A stretch of DNA of 64,000 bases, taken from positions 544,001-608,000 of the forward strand of contig CAVSBQ010000002.1 of the NCBI GenBank assembly GCA_963726265.1. Reading direction: 5' to 3'. Made by a program: the position numbers and the translations under genes. Below are positions 18,965 through 28,148 of this stretch, one piece after another (positions within the stretch are counted from its first letter, which is position 1; every line of letters begins with the position of its first letter). The notes beneath the pieces are model-generated. The model made no database searches and was not told where the DNA came from. It saw only the letters and a program-made list of their open reading frames with translations. The stretch comes from Candidatus Aenigmatarchaeota archaeon (GTDB lineage Archaea; Aenigmatarchaeota; Aenigmatarchaeia; QMZP01; QMZT01).

Positions 18965-20105
18965 AATCACAATTTCCGCGGTTGGTGACGTGTTTACTGG
19001 TGGTTTGTTATCAGAAGAAATTGAGAAGTATAAAAATATTTTTTTATCGGAAGAAATAAATAAAATTTTCAAATCTTCTGACATTTGTTTTTGTAATTTA
19101 GAGTCTCCTCTTTGCAAATTGGAAGATCCACCAGAACCAAATAAAACTCTTTTATATGCGAAGGGAGAATCCATAGAATATTTAAAAAAATCCGGTTTTA
19201 ATGTTGTTTCGCTGGCAAATAATCATACGATGGATTTTGGTTGGAAATCACTGCAAAAAACCATAAAAATTCTTGAAAAAAATAAAATTGGACATGTTGG
19301 TGCAGGAAAAAATATAAACGAAGCGAGAAAACCTGTTATTTTAGAGATTAATAAAATTAAAGTTGCTTTTCTTGGCTATTCGTGGGCACTTCCAATGGTT
19401 GAAGAAGGATCGATAGCCGCAACGAAAAATTCACCCGGTATATCTCCTTATAATTTAAAATTTATTAATGAGGACATCAAAAAAATAAGAAAAGGTGTTG
19501 ATTATATATTTTTATCTATTCATTGGCAATATGAGTTTTCTCACTATCCTCCACCGCAAATCATATCCGAAGCTCACCAAATTATTGACGCAGGAGCCGA
19601 CGTAATCCTCGCCCACCATCCGCATGTCCTGCAGGGCTTTGAAAAATACAAGAATGGCCTTATTTTTTACAGCCTGTCCAACTTCCTGTTCTCACCGTGG
19701 TTCGCAACCAATAGTGGTAGGTGGATAAATTATGAAAATAATGGGAAGTTGAGAATCTGGTATAAAGATAGAAGGAAGGGTTTGATATTGAAATTCGTTC
19801 TGTCTAAAAATAAGAACCTTAATTATAAGATGATACCAACGTTGCAGGAAAGAGAACCTGTTGTGAAAATTCAATCTGAGAAAAATGCTAAAAAAACCGT
19901 CAGGAGAATGAATAAATGGTCGCTTGAATACGGGAAAAAATATTATGAAAAAAATTATGAAAAATTGATTGAAAATGAAAATAAGTTGAAATATATAAAA
20001 GCCATTAGAAACGAAATTGAAACCTATGGGTTTGTAGCTACTTTCAAGAAGGCTAAAAACAAATTTAAAAAGATAATATACAAGAATACTCCGCTAATGG
20101 GTTGA
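18945..20105 (+). CDS. CapA/PgsA family metallophosphoesterase-like protein
   Basis: AVGD, NLESP, LANNH, GAG, SIHW, AHHPH, YSLSNF; GTG start at 18945 or 18957. Confidence 0.88.
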   Translation: MRVYVTEITISAVGDVFTGGLLSEEIEKYKNIFLSEEINKIFKSSDICFCNLESPLCKLEDPPEPNKTLLYAKGESIEYLKKSGFNVVSLANNHTMDFGWKSLQKTIKILEKNKIGHVGAGKNINEARKPVILEINKIKVAFLGYSWALPMVEEGSIAATKNSPGISPYNLKFINEDIKKIRKGVDYIFLSIHWQYEFSHYPPPQIISEAHQIIDAGADVILAHHPHVLQGFEKYKNGLIFYSLSNFLFSPWFATNSGRWINYENNGKLRIWYKDRRKGLILKFVLSKNKNLNYKMIPTLQEREPVVKIQSEKNAKKTVRRMNKWSLEYGKKYYEKNYEKLIENENKLKYIKAIRNEIETYGFVATFKKAKNKFKKIIYKNTPLMG

Positions 20106-20169
20106 GCTGAATATGAAATATTCAAAAGTATCCATAATAATAGATTTTAAGGTTGGGACGTAGATTTTT

Positions 20170-21120
20170 ATGAAACTGCTGATAACGGGCGGCGCCGGCT
20201 TCATAGGTAGCAATTTTGTAAAACATATTATCAGAGAGTATCCTGCTTATGAAATAACAGTTTTGGACAAGCTCACCTACGCAGGCAACAAGAACAATCT
20301 GAAAGAGGATCTGAAAAAGATAAAATTCATAAAGGGAGATGTCTGCGATAAGAAAATCGTGGAAAAACTTGTTAAAAAATCCGATGTTATCGTTCACTTC
20401 GCAGCAGAAACGCATGTCGACAGGTCGATAATCGATGCCGGCTCATTCGTCCTGACCGACGTTTTCGGCACATACCAGCTGATGGAGGCCTGTAAAAAAT
20501 TCGGCATAGAAAAATTTGTTCACATATCAACAGATGAGATTTACGGACAAATAATAAGAGGATCTTTCAGAGAAACCGATAAATTAGAACCACGAAATCC
20601 TTATTCGGCTAGCAAGGCCGGAGCAGAGCTGCTGGCCCGTTCCTTTTTCATAACGCACAATGTTCCCGTGGTGATAACGAGGAGCTCCAACAATTTTGGG
20701 CCGTACCAGCATCCTGAGAAAATGATACCACTCTTCATAACAAATGCGATGCAAAACAAAAAACTTCCTCTTTATGGAGATGGTAAAAACATCAGAGACT
20801 GGCTTCATGTAGCAGATAACTGCAAGGCCATAGACCTTGTCATGCATGAGGGAAAAACTGGTGAGATATATAATATCGGCGGCGATAACGAGAGAATGAA
20901 CATCGATATCACCAGATTGATACTCAAATTCTTGGGTAAACCGGAAAGCCTCATAGAATTTGTCAGAGACAGGCCCGGTCATGACATTAGATATTCCCTA
21001 GACAGCACCAAAATCAAAAAACTCGGCTGGAGAACTGAATTTAAATTTGAGGAAGCGCTCAGGCAGACTGTGGAATGGTACAAGAAAAACAGTTGGTGGT
21101 GGAAGCCTTTGAAGCTTTAA
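20170..21120 (+). CDS. rfbB: dTDP-glucose 4,6-dehydratase
   Basis: LDKLTYAGN, FAAETHVDRSI, ISTDEIYG, PYSASKA, DRPGHD. Confidence 0.95.
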   Translation: MKLLITGGAGFIGSNFVKHIIREYPAYEITVLDKLTYAGNKNNLKEDLKKIKFIKGDVCDKKIVEKLVKKSDVIVHFAAETHVDRSIIDAGSFVLTDVFGTYQLMEACKKFGIEKFVHISTDEIYGQIIRGSFRETDKLEPRNPYSASKAGAELLARSFFITHNVPVVITRSSNNFGPYQHPEKMIPLFITNAMQNKKLPLYGDGKNIRDWLHVADNCKAIDLVMHEGKTGEIYNIGGDNERMNIDITRLILKFLGKPESLIEFVRDRPGHDIRYSLDSTKIKKLGWRTEFKFEEALRQTVEWYKKNSWWWKPLKL

Positions 21121-21144
21121 TTTTATGTAAAATGTGGTGTCGTA

Positions 21145-21789
21145 ATGGAATCCAAGAAAATGACCAAAAAACTGTATGAGGAAACATATGGAGAGTTTGG
21201 TACAAGTAAACAGGATGACCTGAGCGGCAAAAAAATATTCGAGATGGTAAGCAGGCTGGTAGAAGCTGACAAATGCTCATCGGTTATCGATTTCGGGAGC
21301 GGAAGCTGCTCCCTAATAAGAAGGTTGCATGAAAAATACAAAATAAAAGTGACCGGCGTCGACTTCGTGAAGCACAAGGATTCGTTCAACACCATACTGC
21401 ATGACTTGGACGACTTCCCTTATCCTTTCGAAAACGAATCCTATGACGTGGCTTTTTCGATAGGCGTTTTGCATGCCATGCATTTTCCCAAAGAATTTGT
21501 GAAGGAATGTCACAGGATTTTAAAGCCTAACGGGATGTTTTTCCTTACTGTCGTTAATTCCATTCCGGTAAAAAGCAGGCCTGGATATCTTTTTGGGAAA
21601 TTATACAAAGTACACTCATACCCGTTCCACATCTCGTTTTTTAACAAGGCAACTCTTGAAAAATATTTCAAGGAAGCAGGTTTTTCGGATATTAAATTTT
21701 ACAACGTAGGCAAAATATCATGCAAATTAAAGGTCCTGCCGCCGTCGTGGTTTTCCCTGCTTTTTCTGAGCGCGAAAAAGAAGGCCTAA
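21145..21789 (+). CDS. Class I SAM-dependent methyltransferase
   Basis: VIDFGSGS, YPFENESYD, RILKPNG. Confidence 0.88.
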   Translation: MESKKMTKKLYEETYGEFGTSKQDDLSGKKIFEMVSRLVEADKCSSVIDFGSGSCSLIRRLHEKYKIKVTGVDFVKHKDSFNTILHDLDDFPYPFENESYDVAFSIGVLHAMHFPKEFVKECHRILKPNGMFFLTVVNSIPVKSRPGYLFGKLYKVHSYPFHISFFNKATLEKYFKEAGFSDIKFYNVGKISCKLKVLPPSWFSLLFLSAKKKA

Positions 21790-21857
21790 ATTCTGCATTT
21801 AATGGATTGTAAGTTACATAGAATACTTTACATTTCAAAATAGAATGAAAAATAATA

Positions 21858-22121
21858 TCAACTGCATTCCATTTCTCGTATTTTCTCAAGCGTTTCCCGA
21901 CCTTTTTCTGTCAAAACGTATATCCTCCCCTTCAAACTTTCTTCATTTATGCATTTCACGAGTCCTGTATCCCGCATATCCTTGAGTTTGAGGGAAATAT
22001 TTGGTAGGCTTGAACCCATAGCTTTGGATAACTGTGTAGGCGTTTTTGGCTTTTCTAGAAGAAACAAGAGTCTTTTTCGTTTCTCGCTTTTGAGAACAAA
22101 CGCCACGTTATCCCATTCCAT
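21858..22121 (-). CDS. Winged helix-turn-helix transcriptional regulator (ArsR/MarR-like)
   Basis: KTPTQLSK...NISLKLKDM...GLV...GRIYVLTEKG. Confidence 0.85.
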   Translation of the reverse strand: MEWDNVAFVLKSEKRKRLLFLLEKPKTPTQLSKAMGSSLPNISLKLKDMRDTGLVKCINEESLKGRIYVLTEKGRETLEKIREMECS

Positions 22122-22168
22122 TTGATTAGTTTGGTTAAATGTTGATAGGACATTTACTATAGAATGAT

Positions 22169-22188
22169 TAAGTTTTGGTTAAAACTTA
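22169..22188. promoter_or_regulatory. Inverted repeat TAAGTTTT-GGTT-AAAACTTA, candidate operator of the adjacent wHTH regulator
   Basis: Perfect 8-bp arms in the divergent intergenic region; function inferred. Confidence 0.4.
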
Positions 22189-22215
22189 TAAATTCTGACA
22201 CGAATAAAATACAGA

Positions 22216-22719
22216 ATGAAACAAAATTTTCCAAAAATATTAAACAAAAACAAACTTCATTTGGGTTGCGGAAAAATATATCTGGATGGATTTGTGAATG
22301 CAGACATTGGAAGGGGTATTAAGGTTGATATTTCTTTTGATGCTGACAAAAAATTTCCATTTCCAGATAATCGTTTTGAATTTATCTTATGTAACTACAT
22401 GCTTCAGGATGTCAAAGACCTAGTGTTCACGTTCAACGAGATGCTTAGGGTATCCAAGAATGACGCGATAATAGAAATCAAAGTTCCATTCAATAATTAC
22501 GAAACATGGTCCGACCCGATGGCAAAACGTGAATTCAGTGAGCATACTTTTGATTCATGGGATCTAAAGACAAATCTTGGAAAGGATGTTGCCCATGAAA
22601 CTGGTAATTCTAATAAAATAAATATCATTAAGGTTAAAAAGAAAAGGGGTAAGTATAATTGGTTTCGTGTGCATGGTTTACATTTTATATTTCAGGTTAA
22701 AAAATCCATTCATCACTAA
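22216..22719 (+). CDS. Methyltransferase type 11-like protein
   Basis: KLHLGCG, FVNADI, FPFPDN, WSDP. Confidence 0.8.
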   Translation: MKQNFPKILNKNKLHLGCGKIYLDGFVNADIGRGIKVDISFDADKKFPFPDNRFEFILCNYMLQDVKDLVFTFNEMLRVSKNDAIIEIKVPFNNYETWSDPMAKREFSEHTFDSWDLKTNLGKDVAHETGNSNKINIIKVKKKRGKYNWFRVHGLHFIFQVKKSIHH

Positions 22720-22774
22720 ATTCTGATATTCAAATTTTAAGTAAATTTATAAAACAAAACTATAATTAATTGAC

Positions 22775-23503
22775 ATGAAAGGGATTTTGCTTGCTGGCGG
22801 AACGGGCAGCAGGTTATACCCTCTCACCAAAGTCACGAACAAACATCTGCTGCCGGTATACAACAAGCCGATGATATACTATCCGCTCAAGACGCTTATA
22901 GATGCCGGCATAAAGGACATACTGATAGTCACCGGCCCAGAGCATGCCGGCGATTTCTTGAAGTTGCTCGGAAGCGGGAGGGAATGGGGAGTAAGACTGA
23001 CCTATGAGCTTCAGGATGAGTCGGGCGGGATAGCACAGGCCCTGTCTCTTGCCGAGACGTTTGTCGGGGATGATAAATGCATTGTGATACTGGGAGATAA
23101 CATATTCGAGGACAACATAAGAAAACATGTCGAAGCGTTCGAAAAACAGAAAGGCGGAGCGAGGATATTCCTGAAGCGGGTTTCGGACCCGAGGAGATTC
23201 GGCGTGGTTGAAATTAAGGATGGCAAAATAGTCCGCATGGAAGAAAAACCGAAGCATCCCAAGACCAACATTTCCGCGGTCGGGCTCTACATGTATGACA
23301 ACACGGTCTTCGGTAAGATAAAAAAGCTGAAGCCGTCCGGTAGAGGCGAGCTTGAAATAAACGATGTCAACCTGATGTACATGAACGAAGGCAGGCTTTA
23401 CTACAATTTCTTAAAGGGTTTCTGGACCGATGCGGGAACATTTAATTCTTTATTCGTGGCTTCAAAACTGATAAAGGACCGCGAAAAGAAGGCTAAGAAA
23501 TAA
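22775..23503 (+). CDS. rfbA: Glucose-1-phosphate thymidylyltransferase (short, SpsI-like)
   Basis: MKGILLAGGTGSRLYPLT, KHLLPVYNKPMIYYP, ILGDN, SGRGELEI, WTDAGT. Confidence 0.92.
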   Translation: MKGILLAGGTGSRLYPLTKVTNKHLLPVYNKPMIYYPLKTLIDAGIKDILIVTGPEHAGDFLKLLGSGREWGVRLTYELQDESGGIAQALSLAETFVGDDKCIVILGDNIFEDNIRKHVEAFEKQKGGARIFLKRVSDPRRFGVVEIKDGKIVRMEEKPKHPKTNISAVGLYMYDNTVFGKIKKLKPSGRGELEINDVNLMYMNEGRLYYNFLKGFWTDAGTFNSLFVASKLIKDREKKAKK

Positions 23504-23536
23504 ATTTAAAAACGGCCGCGGTATTTTGAATACGGG

Positions 23537-24550
23537 ATGCGGATGAAAGGCTATAAAATCAGGGGCATGCGCGGACAGAAGGTCCTTATAACAGGTGGGC
23601 TTGGATTCCTGGGAAGCAATCTGGCGATAGGATTGCAGGACCTCGGCGCAGAAATAATGCTGTTCTCAAAATCGAACAAAAACATCCGTAACATAAGGGA
23701 GATAAAAAACGACGTCAAACTGGTTTTTGGCGACATAACAGACAGGAAAATGCTGGACAGAATAGTGAAAGATAAGGATGTAATATTCCATTTCGCGGGC
23801 CAGACGAGCCACATAAACTCTATGGAAAATCCCCTGAATGACATAAAGATGAACTGTCTGGGGGTGATGAACGTCCTCGAGGCGTGCAGGAAGGTAAACG
23901 ACAGGGCAAAAATAGTTTTTCCGGGAACGACGGGGCAAGTGGGTAAAGTTGAAAGGGGAAATCTTCCAATATCCGAAAATCTGAGGGATGCGCCCATAAC
24001 CGTATACGATGCCGACAAGCTGGCGGCTGAAAAATACCTGATGATTTATAACAAGGTCTACGGCATGCGGACGGTTTCGCTGAGGCTTGCCACCATATAC
24101 GGTGAAAGGCAGGACGTAAAAAGCAGCAGGTACGGCATAACTAACATGTTCATCAAAAAGGCAATGTGCGGGGAGACGATAGCGGTTTATGGCGACGGCT
24201 CCTTTGTAAGAGATTACAACTACGTCGGCAACGTGGTTGACGCGTTCATTCTCGCCGCGCAGACGAAGCGGACCAGCGGCAATTATTTCAACCTCGGCTC
24301 CAACAGGCCCACAAAATTCATTGACATGGTGAAAATAGTAATGGAAAGGGTCAAGGAAGTGACAGGCAGGCAGGGCAAATTTGAATTTGTTCCCTGGCCC
24401 GAGAAGGCGAGGGCGATAGATGTGGGCGACATGATTGTCGACTACAAAAAACTCAGGGACTTCACCGGCTGGTATCCGAAAATCAGCTTCGAGGACGGCA
24501 TCAGAAGAACTGTTGAATTTTACAGGGAAAGGTTGGATGAATATTTATGA
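23537..24550 (+). CDS. NAD-dependent epimerase/dehydratase (extended SDR)
   Basis: ITGGLGFLGSN, YDADK (YxxxK); exact start uncertain. Confidence 0.88.
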   Translation: MRMKGYKIRGMRGQKVLITGGLGFLGSNLAIGLQDLGAEIMLFSKSNKNIRNIREIKNDVKLVFGDITDRKMLDRIVKDKDVIFHFAGQTSHINSMENPLNDIKMNCLGVMNVLEACRKVNDRAKIVFPGTTGQVGKVERGNLPISENLRDAPITVYDADKLAAEKYLMIYNKVYGMRTVSLRLATIYGERQDVKSSRYGITNMFIKKAMCGETIAVYGDGSFVRDYNYVGNVVDAFILAAQTKRTSGNYFNLGSNRPTKFIDMVKIVMERVKEVTGRQGKFEFVPWPEKARAIDVGDMIVDYKKLRDFTGWYPKISFEDGIRRTVEFYRERLDEYL

Positions 24551-25524
24551 GCGGTTATGAAGGCAGGGAAATCCTGATAACAGGCGGTCTGGGAGCGATA
24601 GGCAGCAACATAGCGGTCACGCTCGCCGGCATGGGGGCAAAGGTGACGATAATTGACAACATGCTCAGCGGCTCCGGCGCGAACATTAACAACATAAGCG
24701 AAATCAGGAGTAAGGTCAAACTGATAGTGGGTGACATAAGAAATGAAGAAGATGTCAGGAATGCGGTGAAAAACAAGGACATCATATTCAATTGCGCCGC
24801 GCAGATAAGCCACGTGGCATCGATGGAGAATCCATACCTCGACATAGACATAAACCTCAACGGCAACATCACGCTTCTTGAGGCATGCAGGAAATTCAAT
24901 GACAAATTAAAAATTGTTTACACCGGAACCAGAGGTCAGATAGGACCTCTTAAAACCCTGCCCGCAGACGAAAGTCATCAGGACAACCCCACGGACATAT
25001 ACGGAGTCGACAAGCTTACGGCCGAGCACTACCACCTCATTTATTACAACACATACGGGCTGCGCACGACGTCGCTAAGGCTCGTCAATACATATGGTCC
25101 TAGGGCACAGATAGACGACCCGAAGCACAGCATCGTCAACTGGCTGATAGGAAGAGCCATAAAAAACGAGACCATAACCGTGTACAGGCCAGGCACGCAG
25201 AAAAGGGACTGCAACTACGTAACGGACGCCGTTGACGCCCTCCTCCTGGCAGGCGCAAGCGAGAAATCGAACGGCAATGCCTATAATCTGGGCTCCGGAA
25301 GGCCAGTGGAATTCATAAATATCGTAAAGAAAATAATAGAAATATCTGGCTCTGGAAAATGGAAGCTTGTGCCATGGCCCAAGGAAAGGAAATACATAGA
25401 AGTCGGCGATTCGTTCCTGTCGTATGAAAAGATAAAGCACGATATGGGATGGGAACCGAAAACCAGTCTTGAAGATGGAATACGGGAAACTATAAGCTTC
25501 TACAGGAGGAAGATGAATGCTTAA
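24547..25524 (+). CDS. NAD-dependent epimerase/dehydratase, paralog of the upstream gene
   Basis: ITGGLGAIGSN, YGVDK, NTYGPR. Confidence 0.88.
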   Translation: MSGYEGREILITGGLGAIGSNIAVTLAGMGAKVTIIDNMLSGSGANINNISEIRSKVKLIVGDIRNEEDVRNAVKNKDIIFNCAAQISHVASMENPYLDIDINLNGNITLLEACRKFNDKLKIVYTGTRGQIGPLKTLPADESHQDNPTDIYGVDKLTAEHYHLIYYNTYGLRTTSLRLVNTYGPRAQIDDPKHSIVNWLIGRAIKNETITVYRPGTQKRDCNYVTDAVDALLLAGASEKSNGNAYNLGSGRPVEFINIVKKIIEISGSGKWKLVPWPKERKYIEVGDSFLSYEKIKHDMGWEPKTSLEDGIRETISFYRRKMNA

Positions 25525-26458
25525 AAAGAACGTGCTTGTTACTGGAGGCCTCGGTCACATAGGCTCCAAACTGATAACCAATCTTGCCGGAAGGAAGGAC
25601 GTCGGCAAAATAGTCATACTGGACAATCTGCATACCGAAAGGTATTGCAGCCTGATGAACCTCCCGAAAAACACAAGATATAATTTCATAGAAGGCGACA
25701 TAAGGAACGCAACTGACGTCGGAAAGGCGATGGACGGGATTGACACGGTGATCCATCTTGCCGCCATAACAAACGCGCCTGAAACCATAAAATTCCCGGA
25801 ACTCACCAGGGAAGTTAATTATGATGCGACAAAAATGATGCTCAAAATCGCTAAAGAGATGAATGTTGAAAAATTCTTTTTCCCATCGACCACGAGCGTT
25901 TACGGGCCCGCAACAGGTTTTATTGATGAAAACTACAAAAAATGCAAGCCGCTCACGCCATATGCAGAATACAAGCTCAAGGCCGAAAACGAAGTCTTGA
26001 AGGAAAATGGGAAAATGAAAACGTGCGTTGCAAGATTCGGAACAATATACGGCTACAGCATAGGCATGAGATTCCACACCGCAGTGAACAAGTTCGTGTT
26101 CCAGGCCGTGAACAGGCAACCGATAACTGTCTGGGAGGACGCACTGGACCAGAAAAGGCCGTATCTCGATTTGAACGACGCCATAAACTTCATAAACTTC
26201 TTCATGAACCAGAAAAATGTCAGGTTCTTCGGCGAAGTTTACAACGTGCTGACTGAGAATGCGACTGTCAGAAACGTCATAGACATAATCAGGAAATATG
26301 CCGGCAACGTCGAGATAAAAATGACCAAAAGCCCGATAATAAACCAGGAGTCGTATGAAGTGAGCAGGAAAAAGCTAGAGAAGCGTGGCTTCAAATTCAG
26401 CGGCAATATGGAAAAGAGCGTGAAGGAAACGATAAACTCGTTCAAAGCCCTGCTTTAG
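25517..26458 (+). CDS. NAD-dependent epimerase/reductase (extended SDR)
   Basis: VTGGLGHIGS, HLAAIT, STTSVYG, YAEYK. Confidence 0.85.
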   Translation: MLKKNVLVTGGLGHIGSKLITNLAGRKDVGKIVILDNLHTERYCSLMNLPKNTRYNFIEGDIRNATDVGKAMDGIDTVIHLAAITNAPETIKFPELTREVNYDATKMMLKIAKEMNVEKFFFPSTTSVYGPATGFIDENYKKCKPLTPYAEYKLKAENEVLKENGKMKTCVARFGTIYGYSIGMRFHTAVNKFVFQAVNRQPITVWEDALDQKRPYLDLNDAINFINFFMNQKNVRFFGEVYNVLTENATVRNVIDIIRKYAGNVEIKMTKSPIINQESYEVSRKKLEKRGFKFSGNMEKSVKETINSFKALL

Positions 26459-26879
26459 CTTTTCTGCTTTTGGAAGCCCAGACGTTGCCGAATGATTTCG
26501 GGTCTTTTCTTTCCGTGTCTTCTGGGTCGAATGTCGTATCCATCACATGGACAAGAATTGCTTCTTTGCCGACGGCCATGTAGCCGTGCCACACGCCTGG
26601 TGAGACTTTTATCATGACCGGGTTTTTATCTCCTATTGTGAAGGTTTCCGCCTTCTTGCCGTTGCATACGCCGTATATTATGTTGCCTTTAGCGCACAGC
26701 GTGTAATCCGTCTGTTTTTTGTGTTTATGCCAGCCCTTCACAATACCAGGGTAAACCACTGATATGAGCGTTTGGCCGAATCTGCCGCCGAAAATGGCAT
26801 CGTCTTTTCTCAGGCCCTCGAAAAGGTAGCCTCTCTCGTCTGAATGTATTTTTATTTTCTTGAACTGAACTCCTTTCAT
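26442..26879 (-). CDS. rfbC: dTDP-4-dehydrorhamnose 3,5-epimerase family cupin (RmlC/SpsL-like)
   Basis: HSDERG, KGWHKH, PGVWHG; ATG at 26879 overlaps the upstream TGA (TGATG). Confidence 0.8.
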   Translation of the reverse strand: MKGVQFKKIKIHSDERGYLFEGLRKDDAIFGGRFGQTLISVVYPGIVKGWHKHKKQTDYTLCAKGNIIYGVCNGKKAETFTIGDKNPVMIKVSPGVWHGYMAVGKEAILVHVMDTTFDPEDTERKDPKSFGNVWASKSRKAKAGL

Positions 26880-28096
26880 CAAATCACTCTTGCATAAGGT
26901 ATATGCACTATGAACCTGACACCGGTGTTTTTTTCCTTTTTCTTTATCTCGTTCGCATAATTCCATGCCAGCAGCAATGCGTAGTCGGGCGGGCTTTTAT
27001 GGAACACGTCCTCTGAAACGATGGGTATGTGGGTCCCGGGGCTGTAAAGGCCGATTTTAGTCGGCGTGTTGTCGGAAATGTAATCTATTTCGCTGCTGGT
27101 TATGCCGCAGTAGTTCAAAACCACCGTGCCTTTCGACGAAGCTGCATAGCCCGTTATTCTCTTGTTCTGGGATTTTATCTTTTTTATCAGCTCAACCAGC
27201 ATTTCCCTTGACCTGTTGACGTTATCCGCGAATTTCCGGTACGTTGCAATTTCCTCAAGGCCGCGCTCCTGCTCCTCTTTGATCGCCTTCGTGACGCTCG
27301 CGTCCACCGCGTAGTCGCCTTTGCTGCAGACGTAATATCTCATCGAGCCGCCATGCGTCGTTTGCCTCTGACAATCAAAAATTTCCATGCCATACTGTCT
27401 GAACAAATTACTGAGCGACAGGACCGAAAAATAGAAAACATGCTCGTCATAAATCTGGTCATACGCGTTTTTTTCTATTATGTCTACTATGTATGGGTCC
27501 TCGAACACCAGAACGCCTTTTCTGTCCAGAAGGATTTTTGCCCCCTTAACGACCTCGTGGAAAGCCTCTATGTGGCACATGACGTTCGCCGCGCATATCA
27601 CCTTGGCCTTGCCTCTTTTCTTAAGGATGTTCTTCGCGAACTTCTCGTCGAAGAATTCGCTTACCACGTCCAAGCCTCTTTTTCTCGCGGCATCGGCAAC
27701 GTTGTTCGACGGCTCGACGCCGAGAACCTTGTATTTGCCTCTGTCGAAATTCTTGAGCATTATGCCGTCATTGCAGCCCACCTCGATGATTATGTCATTG
27801 TTTTTCAGGAACCGTTTAGTCAACTCATCCGCAAATCTTTTGAAATGCTCTTCCATCGTCTTAGACACAGAAGAGAAATATGCATAATTGCTGTTGAAAA
27901 GCACTTTTTTGTCAATCGTGCTGATAAGCTGGACCATTTTGCATTTTTCGCAGAAGCCGACCGCCAGCTCGAACTTGAATTCCTTTTTATTGAGGTCATT
28001 CTTGGCGAGGAAGGCGTTGGCTATCGGCATCATGCCCAGGGACAAAAACTGCTCCAGCGACTGGCTGCCGCATGCGCGGCATTCGTATTTTTTCAT
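26879..28096 (-). CDS. NDP-hexose C-methyltransferase (TylCIII/NovU/TcaB9-like)
   Basis: CRAC...CEKC Zn site, EVGCNDG, NVMCHI, YDEHVFYFS, HGGSMR, LLAWNY. Confidence 0.92.
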   Translation of the reverse strand: MKKYECRACGSQSLEQFLSLGMMPIANAFLAKNDLNKKEFKFELAVGFCEKCKMVQLISTIDKKVLFNSNYAYFSSVSKTMEEHFKRFADELTKRFLKNNDIIIEVGCNDGIMLKNFDRGKYKVLGVEPSNNVADAARKRGLDVVSEFFDEKFAKNILKKRGKAKVICAANVMCHIEAFHEVVKGAKILLDRKGVLVFEDPYIVDIIEKNAYDQIYDEHVFYFSVLSLSNLFRQYGMEIFDCQRQTTHGGSMRYYVCSKGDYAVDASVTKAIKEEQERGLEEIATYRKFADNVNRSREMLVELIKKIKSQNKRITGYAASSKGTVVLNYCGITSSEIDYISDNTPTKIGLYSPGTHIPIVSEDVFHKSPPDYALLLAWNYANEIKKKEKNTGVRFIVHIPYARVI

Positions 28097-28148
28097 AATA
28101 ACAACCTTGTCTCTTAAAATTTATAAGTATTGCTTATATGTGTTAACT

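Noticed and set aside
18945..20105. Poly-gamma-glutamate capsule operon
   Set aside because: Only CapA is present; no CapB ligase or CapC in the window.
27888..28148. N-terminal extension of the DegT ORF given in the track (similar over-extensions at 26966, 30459, 34913, 62208)
   Set aside because: These overlap neighbouring genes; downstream ATGs match the family N-termini.
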